In this document: one piece after another, positions 63,157 to 64,000 of the stretch
Layout: every line of letters starts with the position of its first letter
Numbering within the stretch: position 1 is the stretch's first letter
From: a virus
Lineage: Duplodnaviria; Heunggongvirae; Uroviricota; Caudoviricetes
Virus record (IMG/VR): IMGVR_UViG_3300046689_000419
Strand: one strand, 5' to 3'
DNA length: 64,000 nt
The notes under the pieces: generated by a model
Databases searched by the model: none
Told to the model about the DNA's origin: nothing
Seen by the model: the letters and a program-made list of their open reading frames with translations, nothing else
Position numbers and translations under genes: made by a program

Positions 63157-63980
63157 GGGCGTTCACCCTCTCCGAGGCGCTGATCTACGGCCGCGGGGTC
63201 GAGCGGGAGTTCCTGTGCCCCGAGCACGGGGACTCCCGGCCCTCCGCCTCGGTGAACACCGTGAAGAAGGTCTGGTACTGCTACACCTGCCACGCGCACG
63301 GCGACCTGACCGGCGAGGCCCGGCTGGCCGAGCCGGACTACCACACCATGAAGCTCTGGATGGACCGCAAGCTGGCCCAGGGCACCATCTACCCGGAGGC
63401 CTGGCTGGACCGCTACGACGCCGGCCCGGTGCACCCGTACTGGCTGGGACGAGTAGGTGAGGCCGCCGCCCGGCGGTTCCGCCTCGGGACGGACCCGGAG
63501 GCCGGGGCACTCACCTACCCGCTTCGCGACCCTACCGGGCGGGTCCTGGGGGTGGTACGACGGTCGATGGGGGGCTCTGGACCGAAGTACCGGTACCCCG
63601 CCGGCATCGACGTGGGCCGCTTGCTGTTCAACTACACCACAGCCCACCGGTCGGCGGTGGTCCTGGTCGAGGGTGCGCTAGACGCGATCGCGCTGTGGAA
63701 CGTCGGCATCGATGCGCTGGCGATCTACGGGTCCCGGCTCTCCGAGCACCAGGTGAAGCTGATCGCCCGGATCGACCCGGAGTACGTCTACACCTGCTAC
63801 GACCAGGACAAGGCCGGCTGGGCCGCGCACCGGGACACCGAGCAGGCGTTCCGGAACCGGCTGGTGGACCGGCTGAGCTGGCCGAAGGCCTGGGGTGGGG
63901 ACATCGCCGAGGTCTCCGAGATTCGTCGGAAACACGTCGTGAATGATCTTGTATCCGGTGGACTCGCGTGCATAGCATGA
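63138..63980 (+). CDS. DNA primase (CHC2 zinc finger plus Toprim)
   Basis: 'CPEHGDSRPSASVN...WYCYTCHAHGD' zinc-finger motif; Toprim-like 'VVLVEGALDAIAL'. Confidence 0.65.
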   Translation: MQLRGVRAFTLSEALIYGRGVEREFLCPEHGDSRPSASVNTVKKVWYCYTCHAHGDLTGEARLAEPDYHTMKLWMDRKLAQGTIYPEAWLDRYDAGPVHPYWLGRVGEAAARRFRLGTDPEAGALTYPLRDPTGRVLGVVRRSMGGSGPKYRYPAGIDVGRLLFNYTTAHRSAVVLVEGALDAIALWNVGIDALAIYGSRLSEHQVKLIARIDPEYVYTCYDQDKAGWAAHRDTEQAFRNRLVDRLSWPKAWGGDIAEVSEIRRKHVVNDLVSGGLACIA

Positions 63981-64000
63981 CCCCATGGACGAACCCAATG

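Noticed and set aside
1-64000. Search for integrase, excisionase, attachment sites, tRNA genes and CRISPR arrays.
   Set aside because: No tyrosine or serine recombinase motifs, no regular direct-repeat or spacer array and no tRNA-like structures were recognised; absence is by-eye only and should be confirmed computationally.

Overview
This window is high-GC (about 66-68% by eye) DNA from an actinobacterial siphovirus-like phage or prophage, with no host genes visible. No integrase, tRNA or CRISPR array was found. Coordinates of hairpins and motifs quoted below were read by eye and may be off by 1-2 nt.

Layout on the plus strand:
- 83-4072: tail-fibre or receptor-binding genes, separated by small membrane proteins.
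- 4107-4642: two very acidic small proteins.
- 4642-5807: lysis cassette (M23 peptidase, M15 peptidase, 2-TM holin).
- 5815-35702: rightward late operon. In order it holds the large terminase, portal, a 1252-aa ORF, a MuF-like protein, a putative protease, scaffold, major capsid, connector genes, major tail protein, tail assembly chaperones with a putative -1 frameshift site, a 1927-aa tape measure carrying M23 and transglycosylase domains, and minor tail proteins.
- About 35744-35785: a convergent intrinsic terminator.

Layout on the minus strand:
- About 57586 down to 35784: a long leftward operon of more than 55 mostly small genes. Recognisable ones are a ParB-like nuclease, an AAA+ ATPase, an XRE-family regulator, a lipoprotein, secreted and membrane proteins and zinc-ribbon proteins.
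- 57919-59716: a collagen-like/LamG fibre operon.

Right end, plus strand again:
- 59785-60725: a small membrane protein and a membrane-anchored collagen-like protein.
- 60726-61690: a non-coding region.
- 61691-63980: DnaB-like helicase and primase, running off the window.

Observations worth a second look:
1. A diversified superfamily of at least 10 paralogous small proteins sits on the minus strand, 9 of them between 47.8 and 52.8 kb plus one at 55.9 kb. Subfamily A has the motifs 'HGW..VCA.GAI..SQGW' and 'WND...T.EV.D.FMKAEK.ERSG'. Subfamily B has 'C.CG.AL' and 'LF.GDN..T.I..IAE'. I do not recognise the family.
2. Five basic Gly/Ala/Lys-rich proteins scattered through the structural module share the octapeptide S-A-F-G-V/I-D/E-H-G/E at their N- or C-termini.
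3. Three minus-strand terminator-like hairpins are each followed by the same 'TTTT(T/C)(G/C)CATGTCC(GG)' element.
4. A second collagen-like/LamG fibre locus lies about 22 kb from the main tail operon.
5. A pair of membrane-anchored Cys-rich proteins with a shared motif ('family C') lies within or next to the paralogue array.
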